A stretch of 64,000 nt of DNA from Candidatus Nanosyncoccus sp. Its GTDB lineage: Bacteria; Patescibacteriota; Saccharimonadia; Saccharimonadales; Saccharimonadaceae. The notes beneath the pieces were generated by a model. It ran no database searches. It was not told the DNA's origin and saw nothing but the letters and a program-made list of their open reading frames with translations. Numbering within the stretch: position 1 is the stretch's first letter; each line of letters opens with the position of its first letter. Positions 27,805 to 36,630 of the stretch are shown here, in pieces. Location of the stretch: contig JAZRRH010000013.1 in NCBI GenBank assembly GCA_045650525.1, forward strand, positions 43,881-107,880, given 5' to 3'. Made by a program: the position numbers and the translations under genes.

Positions 27805-28596
27805 ATGGCTAAACATGGTTTCATTAAATTTAAAACCATCATCATTAATTTGATTCTGATTGGAGTACTCGTTGGGGTTGGATTCTTTTGCTATACATTG
27901 ATCAAAGAAAGGAAAATGTTTGTCAACGAATGGTTTCTCGGAGATGCCCTGAAGGGTGTAGATATATCGAGCTACCAGGCGGATGTCGATATGAAAAGCC
28001 TCTCTAATCAAGGCGTTCGCTTTGCTTATATTAAGGCGACGGAAGGAAGTAGTCACGTTGATGAGAAATTTAAGAGCAACTGGGAAAACGTCGCAGAGAG
28101 TAACATTAAGCCCGGTGCATACCATTTCTTTTCGTTTGAAAGCAGCGGGGAAACGCAGGCGGAGAACTACATAACTACAGTTGGCGACCTGAAGAACAAG
28201 TTGATCCCGGCGGTAGATGTTGAGATGCATGGAAAATCCGAAGAGGAGCCACCCGAAAAAGACGCCTTGGTGAGACAGCTAAAGATTTTTATGGCTGTAC
28301 TTGAGGATGAATATAAAACTAAGCCAATGATTTACGCCCAAAAGGACGTTTACGACAAATACCTAAAAGATGACTTTTCGGAATATCCGGTTTGGGTTCG
28401 CAATGTATATTTTCCGGTGTATTTGGAATTTGGCGGCGACTGGACGATTTGGCAGTACAAAGATCGCGGAGAGCTTGAAGGGTATTCTGGTGGGGAAAAA
28501 TACATCGACCTCGATGTCTTGAACCCGGGCAAGAATCTTGATGATCTCGTCGTAAAGGAAAGCAAAAGGCACGACGAATCTAAAAAAGACTCCTAA
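27805..28596 (+). CDS. GH25 family lysozyme (muramidase) with an N-terminal TM
   Basis: GVDISSYQ, YIKATEG, GAYHFF, AVDVE and WQY. Confidence 0.92.
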   Translation: MAKHGFIKFKTIIINLILIGVLVGVGFFCYTLIKERKMFVNEWFLGDALKGVDISSYQADVDMKSLSNQGVRFAYIKATEGSSHVDEKFKSNWENVAESNIKPGAYHFFSFESSGETQAENYITTVGDLKNKLIPAVDVEMHGKSEEEPPEKDALVRQLKIFMAVLEDEYKTKPMIYAQKDVYDKYLKDDFSEYPVWVRNVYFPVYLEFGGDWTIWQYKDRGELEGYSGGEKYIDLDVLNPGKNLDDLVVKESKRHDESKKDS

Positions 28597-28644
28597 AATT
28601 CAAAACTATTTTTTGTATCTGTGACTATGGTGTATAATAGTGGC

Positions 28645-28923
28645 ATGAAGGAGGTTAGAGAGTTGGTAATACATGGCGTGTATCGCCACTTTAAGGGTGA
28701 CTATTATCTCGTGGAAGATATTGCAACACATTCGGAGACCAAAGAAGATATGGTGATTTATCGGTCACTCTATGGCGACCATCGTTTGTATGTGCGGCCG
28801 ATTCAGATGTTCCTTAGCCCCGTCGATACCGAAAAATACCCAAATGTCAGACAAAAGTGGAGATTTGAACTCCAGGAGAAAAGGATAAAGATTAAACTAG
28901 GCGAAAAGAAGCGTCGAAAATAA
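28645..28923 (+). CDS. DUF1653 family protein
   Basis: YRHFKG..Y...ATHSET.E.MVIYRSLYG...YVRP..MF. Confidence 0.88.
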   Translation: MKEVRELVIHGVYRHFKGDYYLVEDIATHSETKEDMVIYRSLYGDHRLYVRPIQMFLSPVDTEKYPNVRQKWRFELQEKRIKIKLGEKKRRK

Positions 28924-28942
28924 TAACAAAACGGAGGGTAAA

Positions 28943-29500
28943 ATGGATATTAAATATTTGGGGCACGCGTGTTTCATAATAAACGACGAGCTTGTAATTG
29001 ATCCTTACAAAGATGGTTCCGTGCCGGGGCTCACGCCTCTCAAGGTGTCGGCCAGGAAAGTAATCTGCACACACGGGCACGCTGATCATAGTGGAGTAGA
29101 ATGCGTGACAATCACACCAGGAGAGTGTGAACTTAAGGTCAGCGAGGTGCCGAGTTTCCATGACGACAAGAATGGCGCACTGCGGGGCCCGAATACGATT
29201 TTTATAATCACTTCTCCGGCCGGAGAGAAACTGGTACACCTTGGTGATTTGGGACATTTTCCGAATAAGGATCAGCTTGAAGCAATATCCGATGCAGACT
29301 TTTTACTAATCCCGGTGGGTGGATATTATACGATTGATGCCGCGACCGCAGCCGAAATTTGTGTGGCAGCAAATCCAAAATGCATTATCCCAATGCACTA
29401 TCGGACCGCGAATTCTGGCTACACGGAGCTCGCTATGGTAGATGATTTTTTGAAGCTTTGCGAAGAAAAGGGAATCGCAGATAATGTTAGATTAATGTAA
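28943..29500 (+). CDS. MBL-fold metallo-hydrolase
   Basis: YLGHACF, THGHADH, HLGDLG and IPMHY. Confidence 0.9.
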   Translation: MDIKYLGHACFIINDELVIDPYKDGSVPGLTPLKVSARKVICTHGHADHSGVECVTITPGECELKVSEVPSFHDDKNGALRGPNTIFIITSPAGEKLVHLGDLGHFPNKDQLEAISDADFLLIPVGGYYTIDAATAAEICVAANPKCIIPMHYRTANSGYTELAMVDDFLKLCEEKGIADNVRLM

Positions 29501-29537
29501 ACCAAGCATTAAAAACGCCCCGACAAGGGGCGCTTTT

Positions 29538-30242
29538 TTATTTGTTTTTATCTGAAATCGATATTCCGCCAAATCCGCCACCCGCATCTAGATAAATAGT
29601 ATATTTGCCTTTGTTGTCGCCACTCTTTCGCTCATCAGAGATGCCGCCAAAGATAAAGCCAGATTTGATTTTGACCTGAACATCTTTCGGGACCTTGATA
29701 TCGATACCACCAAAGAGACAGAAGGCTTTGATTACAGTGTCTTTTTCAAACTTGGCGTTTCGAAGGTCTAGATCTACACCGCCAAAAATAGCGACTAAAT
29801 TCGAGCCAGAAAAGGTCTCGTCATTATAAACTCTGTCGCTACCCGAAAATACAGCCGTTTGAGAATCCATGCTTTTGCCATCTTTCATGTCTTCGATTTT
29901 TTTGGCGACCTCTTTATCGTTTTTGCTATGGAAAAGACTTTTGACGATAATGTTAAGACCAATCAGGATCAAGAATACTGCAAGAGCAGCCTTCCAGGCC
30001 ACATCGTACGAGAAGACATTCTGGGCAGCTAGGAGCAGAATTACGCCGACAGCAAGGAAGCCAAGGCTGGCAATTTTGTCCTTTTCGGTGATGAGGCTAA
30101 TTACGCTCGGAACAATAATGAATAGTGTCCACCACCCGTCAAAGAAAACGTTAAAATTAAATAGCCCGATAGCGTTACCACCGAAGATTACACCAAGGGC
30201 GATGATTGCGACCCCCCAGATAATTGGTTTTGCTTTTTTCAT
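29538..30242 (-). CDS. LiaF-like membrane protein (TM bundle plus C-terminal beta-solenoid)
   Basis: Four TMs, then AVFSG...AIFGGVDLDLR...FGGIDIKVP. Confidence 0.8.
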   Translation of the reverse strand: MKKAKPIIWGVAIIALGVIFGGNAIGLFNFNVFFDGWWTLFIIVPSVISLITEKDKIASLGFLAVGVILLLAAQNVFSYDVAWKAALAVFLILIGLNIIVKSLFHSKNDKEVAKKIEDMKDGKSMDSQTAVFSGSDRVYNDETFSGSNLVAIFGGVDLDLRNAKFEKDTVIKAFCLFGGIDIKVPKDVQVKIKSGFIFGGISDERKSGDNKGKYTIYLDAGGGFGGISISDKNK

Positions 30243-30368
30243 GCTTGATATACTCCTCTGATTTATTATAACACACGATATATTGAATCTTGCTAAAGCC
30301 AAAAGCTCCCGCCAAGAGGAGCTACTTTTGGCGAGGCTTATTGGTTATAAGGAGCTGTTAGGCTGAGG

Positions 30369-32150
30369 TTATTTTTTGAAGCTTATCGCGTGGCTATACT
30401 TTACAAAGCGGAAGACAAGTGCGATTCCCGCAATAGAGATCAGAGAAGAGACCACTATCGCAACCACATTAATGCTTCCACCAGTTGTGCTATCGGAGCC
30501 AAAGTTCGATGAGCCTATGGCGCCAGTATTTGGTGTATTAACGTCTGTACAGACTACGTCGATGGTGCGTTTTTCGGATACGCCCTCAAACGTATAGGAT
30601 GTTGGGTGATCAGTGATGCTTACTTCCTCCCCATTCACCAAGATACTAGCCAGGTGAAATCCTTCATTACATGAATATTCAACATCGTAAGTTTCCTCGG
30701 CATCGATATCTGTAATGCTTTCCGTGATAGTACCATTTTCGATTGACGTTATGATGCTTGGCAAACCACTATCATCATCTTCATATTCATCGTCTTGGTC
30801 AGCACCTGGTCCTTCTACGCAACTTACCGCAATACTGTTCTGCTCCGCAATTTCTTCACTAGACATACTAGCAAAGCCAAATGTATAATCACCCGAGTTG
30901 CCAGTTATCCCATCTTGTTGAGCACCATTTACCAATACAGATCCTATAGTATATCCATTATTACAAAAGAAGCCTACCGTGTAATCATCATCGGCGCTAA
31001 CATTGCTTGCGCTAGGGGATATCTGCCCATTAGTGATTGACGTAGTTACAGAAGTACTCCTTTCTGCTTGTTCTGTAGAGTTTTTAGTGAAACTACCATA
31101 GAGAGTTATTCCATTTTGACCTACCGTTATACCATTTGGGGATTGGCCATTGACTTTCCACCCATCAAAGCTAAAGTTGGCGGTATCGCTATAAATCGGA
31201 GTATTACTTACACTTAGTTTCCCATAAGTCGCTATTATGTCAGATTTTCTATATGAGAGACTTGCTGGCGTGCTGCCACCCATCTGATAGTACACATAGG
31301 TATATGGCGTATTGTTTTTCGCCCCGCGCCTTAGTTTTGGCATCGTCATAACTAGCTTGAGAGGTTTTGCTTGGCTTCCCTCGACTTCTGTCCACAGAAC
31401 ATACTTGTTATCATACATTGCGTGAAGGTCGTTTTCGTAGTTGCTACCGCTTCCGGTGCCGGACATGACCCAGGTATTTGCATTGCTATGAATAAGTGGC
31501 GTCGTATTATCCCTAGTTATAACATATCCTCGACGAAGGCCAGTCGTGATTGAGTACCCTTCGCCCCAATCGAAGTCAGCAAATGCGATTATGCCTTTAA
31601 AGGTAACTTCTTCTGTTGTCCCAGATTTATAAAAATGGATTTCTCTGTGTATATTTGTCTTCGTATTCTTAGCTTTAGTACCCTCGTCGGAAGCCATACC
31701 GGTATTACCAAGATTGAGCGCATATATAGCACCATTCGGAATCCAGTCGTATTCTATAACATCTAGCCAGCCATAATCGAGACTATAAGCTGCTTTTCCA
31801 AACTCAACATATATTCCACTATTTTTCGTAGTGTTGTTCCCGCAGAAATAATTGCCTTTTTTAATGGTGTCGTTTTGTGCATACTTACTACAGCTGATGC
31901 CACCATGCGTTTTAACGCTTTTAGGTGCCAAAAACGCAACGCCCTTTGAATATTCGGCTTCAAAAGAGTCTTCCAGGTATCTGTATTCGTTCATACTGCC
32001 TGGTGTTACTTTTCGAAACTGCGCCTTTTCGTAACTCGCGGCTGAAACTTGACTGATGACCGAAGTAATCCCAAACCCGGCCAAGCCAAGACCGAGAACA
32101 AGTGTTGCGATACGGACCGCCATCCTCGAATTATTGTGTTTTATTTTCAT
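30369..32150 (-). CDS. Secreted surface protein with repeated beta domains and a C-terminal TPNTG plus TM
   Basis: Signal peptide; two SITNGQI/SIENGTI...C..G......VNG...Y.F repeats; TPNTG, TM and basic tail. Confidence 0.8.
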   Translation of the reverse strand: MKIKHNNSRMAVRIATLVLGLGLAGFGITSVISQVSAASYEKAQFRKVTPGSMNEYRYLEDSFEAEYSKGVAFLAPKSVKTHGGISCSKYAQNDTIKKGNYFCGNNTTKNSGIYVEFGKAAYSLDYGWLDVIEYDWIPNGAIYALNLGNTGMASDEGTKAKNTKTNIHREIHFYKSGTTEEVTFKGIIAFADFDWGEGYSITTGLRRGYVITRDNTTPLIHSNANTWVMSGTGSGSNYENDLHAMYDNKYVLWTEVEGSQAKPLKLVMTMPKLRRGAKNNTPYTYVYYQMGGSTPASLSYRKSDIIATYGKLSVSNTPIYSDTANFSFDGWKVNGQSPNGITVGQNGITLYGSFTKNSTEQAERSTSVTTSITNGQISPSASNVSADDDYTVGFFCNNGYTIGSVLVNGAQQDGITGNSGDYTFGFASMSSEEIAEQNSIAVSCVEGPGADQDDEYEDDDSGLPSIITSIENGTITESITDIDAEETYDVEYSCNEGFHLASILVNGEEVSITDHPTSYTFEGVSEKRTIDVVCTDVNTPNTGAIGSSNFGSDSTTGGSINVVAIVVSSLISIAGIALVFRFVKYSHAISFKK

Positions 32151-32241
32151 GAAATAGCTCCTTGTTTTGTTTTTATTTTTTATGTATAACCTTTATGTTT
32201 GTTATTTTAACGCGGTTTTTAAATAAAGTCAAGCGTTTTTA

Positions 32242-32721
32242 TCAAATACTTTTAGCCCAAGCTTCAACCTCGTCGTCAGGGGCATCTTGGTAGAAGCGGT
32301 GAGCTTCGAGCCAGTTACCTGACCCGGCGTCGGATTGTAATAATTTGTCGCTATCGCCTAGGCTGGAGGAATGAGAGGTACAAAATGGAATAACTGTTTT
32401 GCCTGTAAAATCTAGTTTTTTGATCATAGAATTAGTTGGCCAAGCAGCAATGCCGTACCAAATTGGATATCCAATAATAACAGTGTCATAATCTGACCAG
32501 TTTGGAATGTCGGTGGTAGCGAGCGCGACATTTCTTAGTGATTCGTCAGCGTGTTCGTGTGAGACACGAGAATCGTTATTGGTCCAGTCGAGATCCGCTT
32601 CTTCGTATTTTGATTCTGGCATAATTTCAAAGATATCCGCGTTCAAGTTTTTGGCGATTTTTTCGGCGACAGTCTTAGTGTGGCCTTGCGCCGAATAATA
32701 TATAACTAGAGTTTTTCCCAT
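32242..32721 (-). CDS. Flavodoxin
   Basis: VIYYSAQGHT, IGYPIWYG and IPFCTSHSS. Confidence 0.9.
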   Translation of the reverse strand: MGKTLVIYYSAQGHTKTVAEKIAKNLNADIFEIMPESKYEEADLDWTNNDSRVSHEHADESLRNVALATTDIPNWSDYDTVIIGYPIWYGIAAWPTNSMIKKLDFTGKTVIPFCTSHSSSLGDSDKLLQSDAGSGNWLEAHRFYQDAPDDEVEAWAKSI

Positions 32722-32808
32722 TCTCCTCCTTTTCTAATCATTATAATTATAGCACGAGCTGAGATGGGGTATAATAAATATAAGATTCGTAAATTACGAA
32801 AGGATGAT

Positions 32809-33309
32809 ATGGATAAATTTGTAAAGCAAAGTATTGATGCGAGAAAAAATGCCATGGCGGCAAGTTATAATCTTGATGCTAATGCCAAGAAAAGGATTGA
32901 TACGCTATTTGTTGAGATTGAAAAATTAGGTGAAAAATGTAAAGATGCAACTGAGTTTGAAACAGAGTTTCAGAAGAGTCCTTTGAATCAAAAATATTTG
33001 GATTTGTTTACGGAGATTGCGACCACTTCACAACCAAAGGCGGTAGCCTCAACTACCGATACAGAAAAAGCTAAAAGTGGTCTAAAGAAACAAGTCGCTG
33101 GCGGTATGGTAGCTGGCGCAGCCGAAAGTGCGTTGAATCAAACTATCCACACCGTGGTCCCGACCCGCGCCGCAGTACATCAGAAGGCTTACGACGAAGT
33201 ACGAGATATCCCAGTAGTAGGTGAAGCTATTGACATCAAAGAAAAAGCAGGTTATCTAGCGCATCTTGGAAAAGTGTTTGGGAAAAGCAAAAAGAAAAAG
33301 GAGGAGTAA
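32809..33309 (+). CDS. Hypothetical protein
   Basis: Open frame with GAAAGGA SD before ATG 32809. Confidence 0.7.
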   Translation: MDKFVKQSIDARKNAMAASYNLDANAKKRIDTLFVEIEKLGEKCKDATEFETEFQKSPLNQKYLDLFTEIATTSQPKAVASTTDTEKAKSGLKKQVAGGMVAGAAESALNQTIHTVVPTRAAVHQKAYDEVRDIPVVGEAIDIKEKAGYLAHLGKVFGKSKKKKEE

Positions 33310-33329
33310 ATTATTATGCATAAGGAAAG

Positions 33330-34244
33330 GTGGGTGCGGTGAATATCCTAGATTATTCCAAGGGCGTCGAGAAATTAGTGAACCCGATGGAGGTCGGGCG
33401 AGTGAGCTATATGCAAACAAAACTTAGGAGGCTCCCGGTTTGGATGCAGCGCAAAATCGTCACTAGCTCAACAAAGAAAGCTGATAAAATGCCTTTCGTG
33501 GTGGAGCCGTATTGCTCATTTATGTTTTATGAAATAGTCGAACCGGAAAAAATTCAACCATTTTTGCCGGTTGATTTTGTACCGGCAAGGTCGGCTATTT
33601 TTAAAGGTGATGAACCAAAATATTACGGAATAGTATCAATGTTTAGAGTACATTCTAGTGTTTTTTGGGGTGCAAGAACCGAATTCTATTTGGTGGCAAA
33701 AAATGCAAAAACTGGTCTTTTGTCGTGGATTATCTGTGACTATATTAGTGACACAATTTCGTACGATGAGAAACATGGACTGAAATCGCCGGATGTTTCT
33801 GGGGCTGTAATGACCACAACTTGTGAAGGTGATTTTGTATGCGACATGAAAAACGAAGATGGCACAAAATTTGTGCAGAGCGAGATGAATCTGCTTGGCG
33901 CAAAGATGCGAAAACTAGACAAAAAGCTATGGATTGAGGGGAATACCTCAATCGCATACGGCCGATTGGCTGGCGAGGCGGACGGGGATTTATTTTCTTT
34001 GACTTTTTTCCCGGAGGAAATGGAGCAGGCCCTTGAAATACCAATTACGAAAGTACGAAAAGCAAATGTACTTTGCGGGACCGGTAAGCTCGGGGGAGTA
34101 CTTGAGCGAGCGGTCAGTTTTCCTTACGCGCAGCATATGTTATCGGACGCGCCTGGCCGGCAAACTCATTACGGATCCGAGGATGCTCTGAGGAAAGCTG
34201 TAGAAAACGTGCGATTTAGTGGCATAAAAACTTTGGGGAATTAG
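33330..34244 (+). CDS. Hypothetical protein, possible acetoacetate-decarboxylase-like fold
   Basis: 304-aa ORF; pattern 'PEKIQPFLP..F.P...YYGIVSMF...EFYLV' is reminiscent only. Confidence 0.5.
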   Translation: MGAVNILDYSKGVEKLVNPMEVGRVSYMQTKLRRLPVWMQRKIVTSSTKKADKMPFVVEPYCSFMFYEIVEPEKIQPFLPVDFVPARSAIFKGDEPKYYGIVSMFRVHSSVFWGARTEFYLVAKNAKTGLLSWIICDYISDTISYDEKHGLKSPDVSGAVMTTTCEGDFVCDMKNEDGTKFVQSEMNLLGAKMRKLDKKLWIEGNTSIAYGRLAGEADGDLFSLTFFPEEMEQALEIPITKVRKANVLCGTGKLGGVLERAVSFPYAQHMLSDAPGRQTHYGSEDALRKAVENVRFSGIKTLGN

Positions 34245-34254
34245 AATAAGAATT

Positions 34255-34932
34255 ATGGTGGAGAAAAGAAAATCAAGTTTGGGTGCCAGGAAGGATACTT
34301 TTAAATATATCTGGCGAGAATTTATAAAAGGAAGTCTGAGACTCGCAAAATGGCAATGGGTAGGAATACTTATGCTGGTTTTTGTTTTTGCTGGGCTATT
34401 TGGATGGATGTACGAATTCCTGTTTTATTATATAGATGCAGGAACTGGGGAATTCTATATGCAAGGCGGAAACTTTTTGCCATGGATTAATATTTATGCT
34501 TTTGGCGCAATACTGATTATGCTTTTATGTTTTAAAATTCGAAAGTATCCGTGGGCGGTATTTTTACTTTCTGTGGTGATAACCGGCGCGCTTGAATTTG
34601 TGGCGGGTTGGCTAGTATACACAATAGGGAATGGGACTAGGTATTGGGATTATAACACTGAGATATGGAATTTTGGAAATATTGAAGGGTTTGTGTGTCT
34701 GCGCAGTGTGCTAGTTTTTAGCCTATCGGCGCTGATGCTGATGTATTTAATTGCACCGTTTTTTGTGTGGCTGTCTCAAAAAATGTCAAAACGTGCGTTC
34801 CTGACACTAGCTATTTCTTTGTTTGCCCTTGTGATAGTCGATGAAGTGTATAATCTATTGGCATCCAAGGTCTTTGGTTGGCCGGATGCAATGGAATTTT
34901 ACAGAACTCATGGTTGGAAATATTTAACTTAA
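34255..34932 (+). CDS. Putative ABC-transporter-type membrane protein (multi-TM)
   Basis: FGWMYE, GNFLPWINIYAFG, LEFVAG, RYWDY and GFVCL pattern with several TMs. Confidence 0.75.
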   Translation: MVEKRKSSLGARKDTFKYIWREFIKGSLRLAKWQWVGILMLVFVFAGLFGWMYEFLFYYIDAGTGEFYMQGGNFLPWINIYAFGAILIMLLCFKIRKYPWAVFLLSVVITGALEFVAGWLVYTIGNGTRYWDYNTEIWNFGNIEGFVCLRSVLVFSLSALMLMYLIAPFFVWLSQKMSKRAFLTLAISLFALVIVDEVYNLLASKVFGWPDAMEFYRTHGWKYLT

Positions 34933-34968
34933 TTTGTTATGATGGAAGTATAAAAGAGGAGTAGGCAG

Positions 34969-35850
34969 ATGGCAAAAGTATTTTACACAAAAGAAGTCAC
35001 ACCGGAAGGACTAAAAAAGGCTTACGACGCGCTGGGGGTGAAATTGCCGGGCCGGGTTGGGGTGAAAGTATCAACTGGCGAAAGAGGGGCGAAAGGTTAT
35101 CTAAAGGCGGATTTAATCGGAGAATTTGTTAAAGGTCTAAAGGGGACAATCATAGAATGCAATACCGCCTACAAAGGTGCGCGCAATACCGTAAAAGACC
35201 ACATAGAAGTCGCGAAAGAACATGGATTCACTTCATTTGCCGAAGTAGATATCATGGATGCGGAAGGTGAAATCAAAATCCCAGTGAAGAAAGGTAAGCA
35301 TTTAAAATACGACCTACTTGGCTCACATTTTGATAATTACGATTCTTTTGTAAACCTAGCGCATGGCAAAGGCCATGTCATGGGAGGGTTCGGAGCGAAT
35401 CTCAAGAATCAATCGATTGGGTTCGCATCAAGAAATGGCAAGGCTTATATTCATTCGTGCGGAAAAACAAAAAGCCCTATAAGGTGCTGGATCTCGAAGC
35501 ATGAGCAAATTGATTTTATCGAATCGATGGCTGAGGCTGCAACAGCGGTGGCGGATTATCTTAAAGAACAGGAAAAACCGATAGTATATATAACTGTAAT
35601 GAATGCGTTGTCGGTTGGATGCGACTGCGAAGCCAAGCAAGGTGATCCAGTAATGGGCGACATGGGCATCGTGGCCTCGCTCGACCCGGTAGCCAACGAT
35701 CAAGCGTTTATTGATATGATTTGGGCATCAAAAGATCCTGGCGCCGAGGAGCTAAAAGAAAGGATCGATTCGAGGCTCGGGAGAGAAATATTGCCTTATG
35801 CCGAATCGCTTGGACTAGGAAGTAGAGAATACGAGCTCGTAGAAATCTAA
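34969..35850 (+). CDS. DUF362 family (Fe-S associated) protein
   Basis: VKVSTGE, IECNT, HGKGH..GGFGANLKN..IG, CDC and SLDPVA.DQA. Confidence 0.85.
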   Translation: MAKVFYTKEVTPEGLKKAYDALGVKLPGRVGVKVSTGERGAKGYLKADLIGEFVKGLKGTIIECNTAYKGARNTVKDHIEVAKEHGFTSFAEVDIMDAEGEIKIPVKKGKHLKYDLLGSHFDNYDSFVNLAHGKGHVMGGFGANLKNQSIGFASRNGKAYIHSCGKTKSPIRCWISKHEQIDFIESMAEAATAVADYLKEQEKPIVYITVMNALSVGCDCEAKQGDPVMGDMGIVASLDPVANDQAFIDMIWASKDPGAEELKERIDSRLGREILPYAESLGLGSREYELVEI

Positions 35851-35895
35851 GCACTGAGCCAACCTGTTGCTTTTCGTAAAAAAGGTCCTAGATTA

Positions 35896-36231
35896 CTAGG
35901 ACCTGGTGGTCTCCTCAAGCTTTTTTCTGCGCTTTCTCGCTCGCCTGAAGATGGCTCTTTTGTATCGCTCAGTGAGGCCCCCTTTATTTTTATCTTCACA
36001 CAGTTGTTCCCATTCCGAGACAGCTCTCGCGTAAAGATCTTCGTTGCGCTCGCCGTTTTTTGGTCTGAGCTTTTCTGTTGCGAACCAGCAACCTGGGCTT
36101 AAGCAGCGCACCATAGCATAACGTCCTTCGCTACCTTTGGCGGGTGCTCCCCTATACTTCAGATGGATTTTCCTATCCAACTTTGCCTTACCCCCACACT
36201 CGGGACAAGGACTTAATTTCTTTTGGGCCAT
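35896..36231 (-). CDS. Lar-like (restriction alleviation) zinc-ribbon protein
   Basis: LSPCPECGG...VRCLSPGC...A..EW. Confidence 0.6.
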   Translation of the reverse strand: MAQKKLSPCPECGGKAKLDRKIHLKYRGAPAKGSEGRYAMVRCLSPGCWFATEKLRPKNGERNEDLYARAVSEWEQLCEDKNKGGLTERYKRAIFRRARKRRKKLEETTRS

Positions 36232-36381
36232 ATTTTCCCCCTTTCTAAGGTGCGGTTTTTACAAAAGTTACTATTACCATTATACCATTTTTCTTGTTTT
36301 CTGTCAATTTTACCCTCATTCAACATAAAAGTTTTGGTGATTCAAATCTGTTATGATATAATAGCCGCAAGGAGGAGGTTT

Positions 36382-36603
36382 ATGGAGTTTGTCAGGTTAA
36401 AATTCGCAAACAACAAATTGATTAATGCCGACATTAAAGAGCATCGCGACGTCATCGATGAGTATGTCGAGAAAAAAGGTTATGAGTATGTAGGTTTCAT
36501 ACCTACCCTCTTTGGCCCTAGCGGCAAAATGCTTGAAATTGATCTGGTTTTTAAAAAGCCAGCCAGTAGCACCGAACCAGAGAATAAGCCAGCCAAAAAA
36601 TAG
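36382..36603 (+). CDS. DUF4177-like small protein
   Basis: GGAGGAGG SD; EHRDVIDEY..KGYEYVGFIP...IDLVFKK. Confidence 0.7.
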   Translation: MEFVRLKFANNKLINADIKEHRDVIDEYVEKKGYEYVGFIPTLFGPSGKMLEIDLVFKKPASSTEPENKPAKK

Positions 36604-36630
36604 ATTTTTTGTGATATAATCGTAAGCAAC

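Noticed and set aside
27680-36603. Intact prophage or ICE at tRNA-Leu
   Set aside because: No integrase, terminase, capsid or conjugation genes; the att-like repeat encloses only 48 bp.
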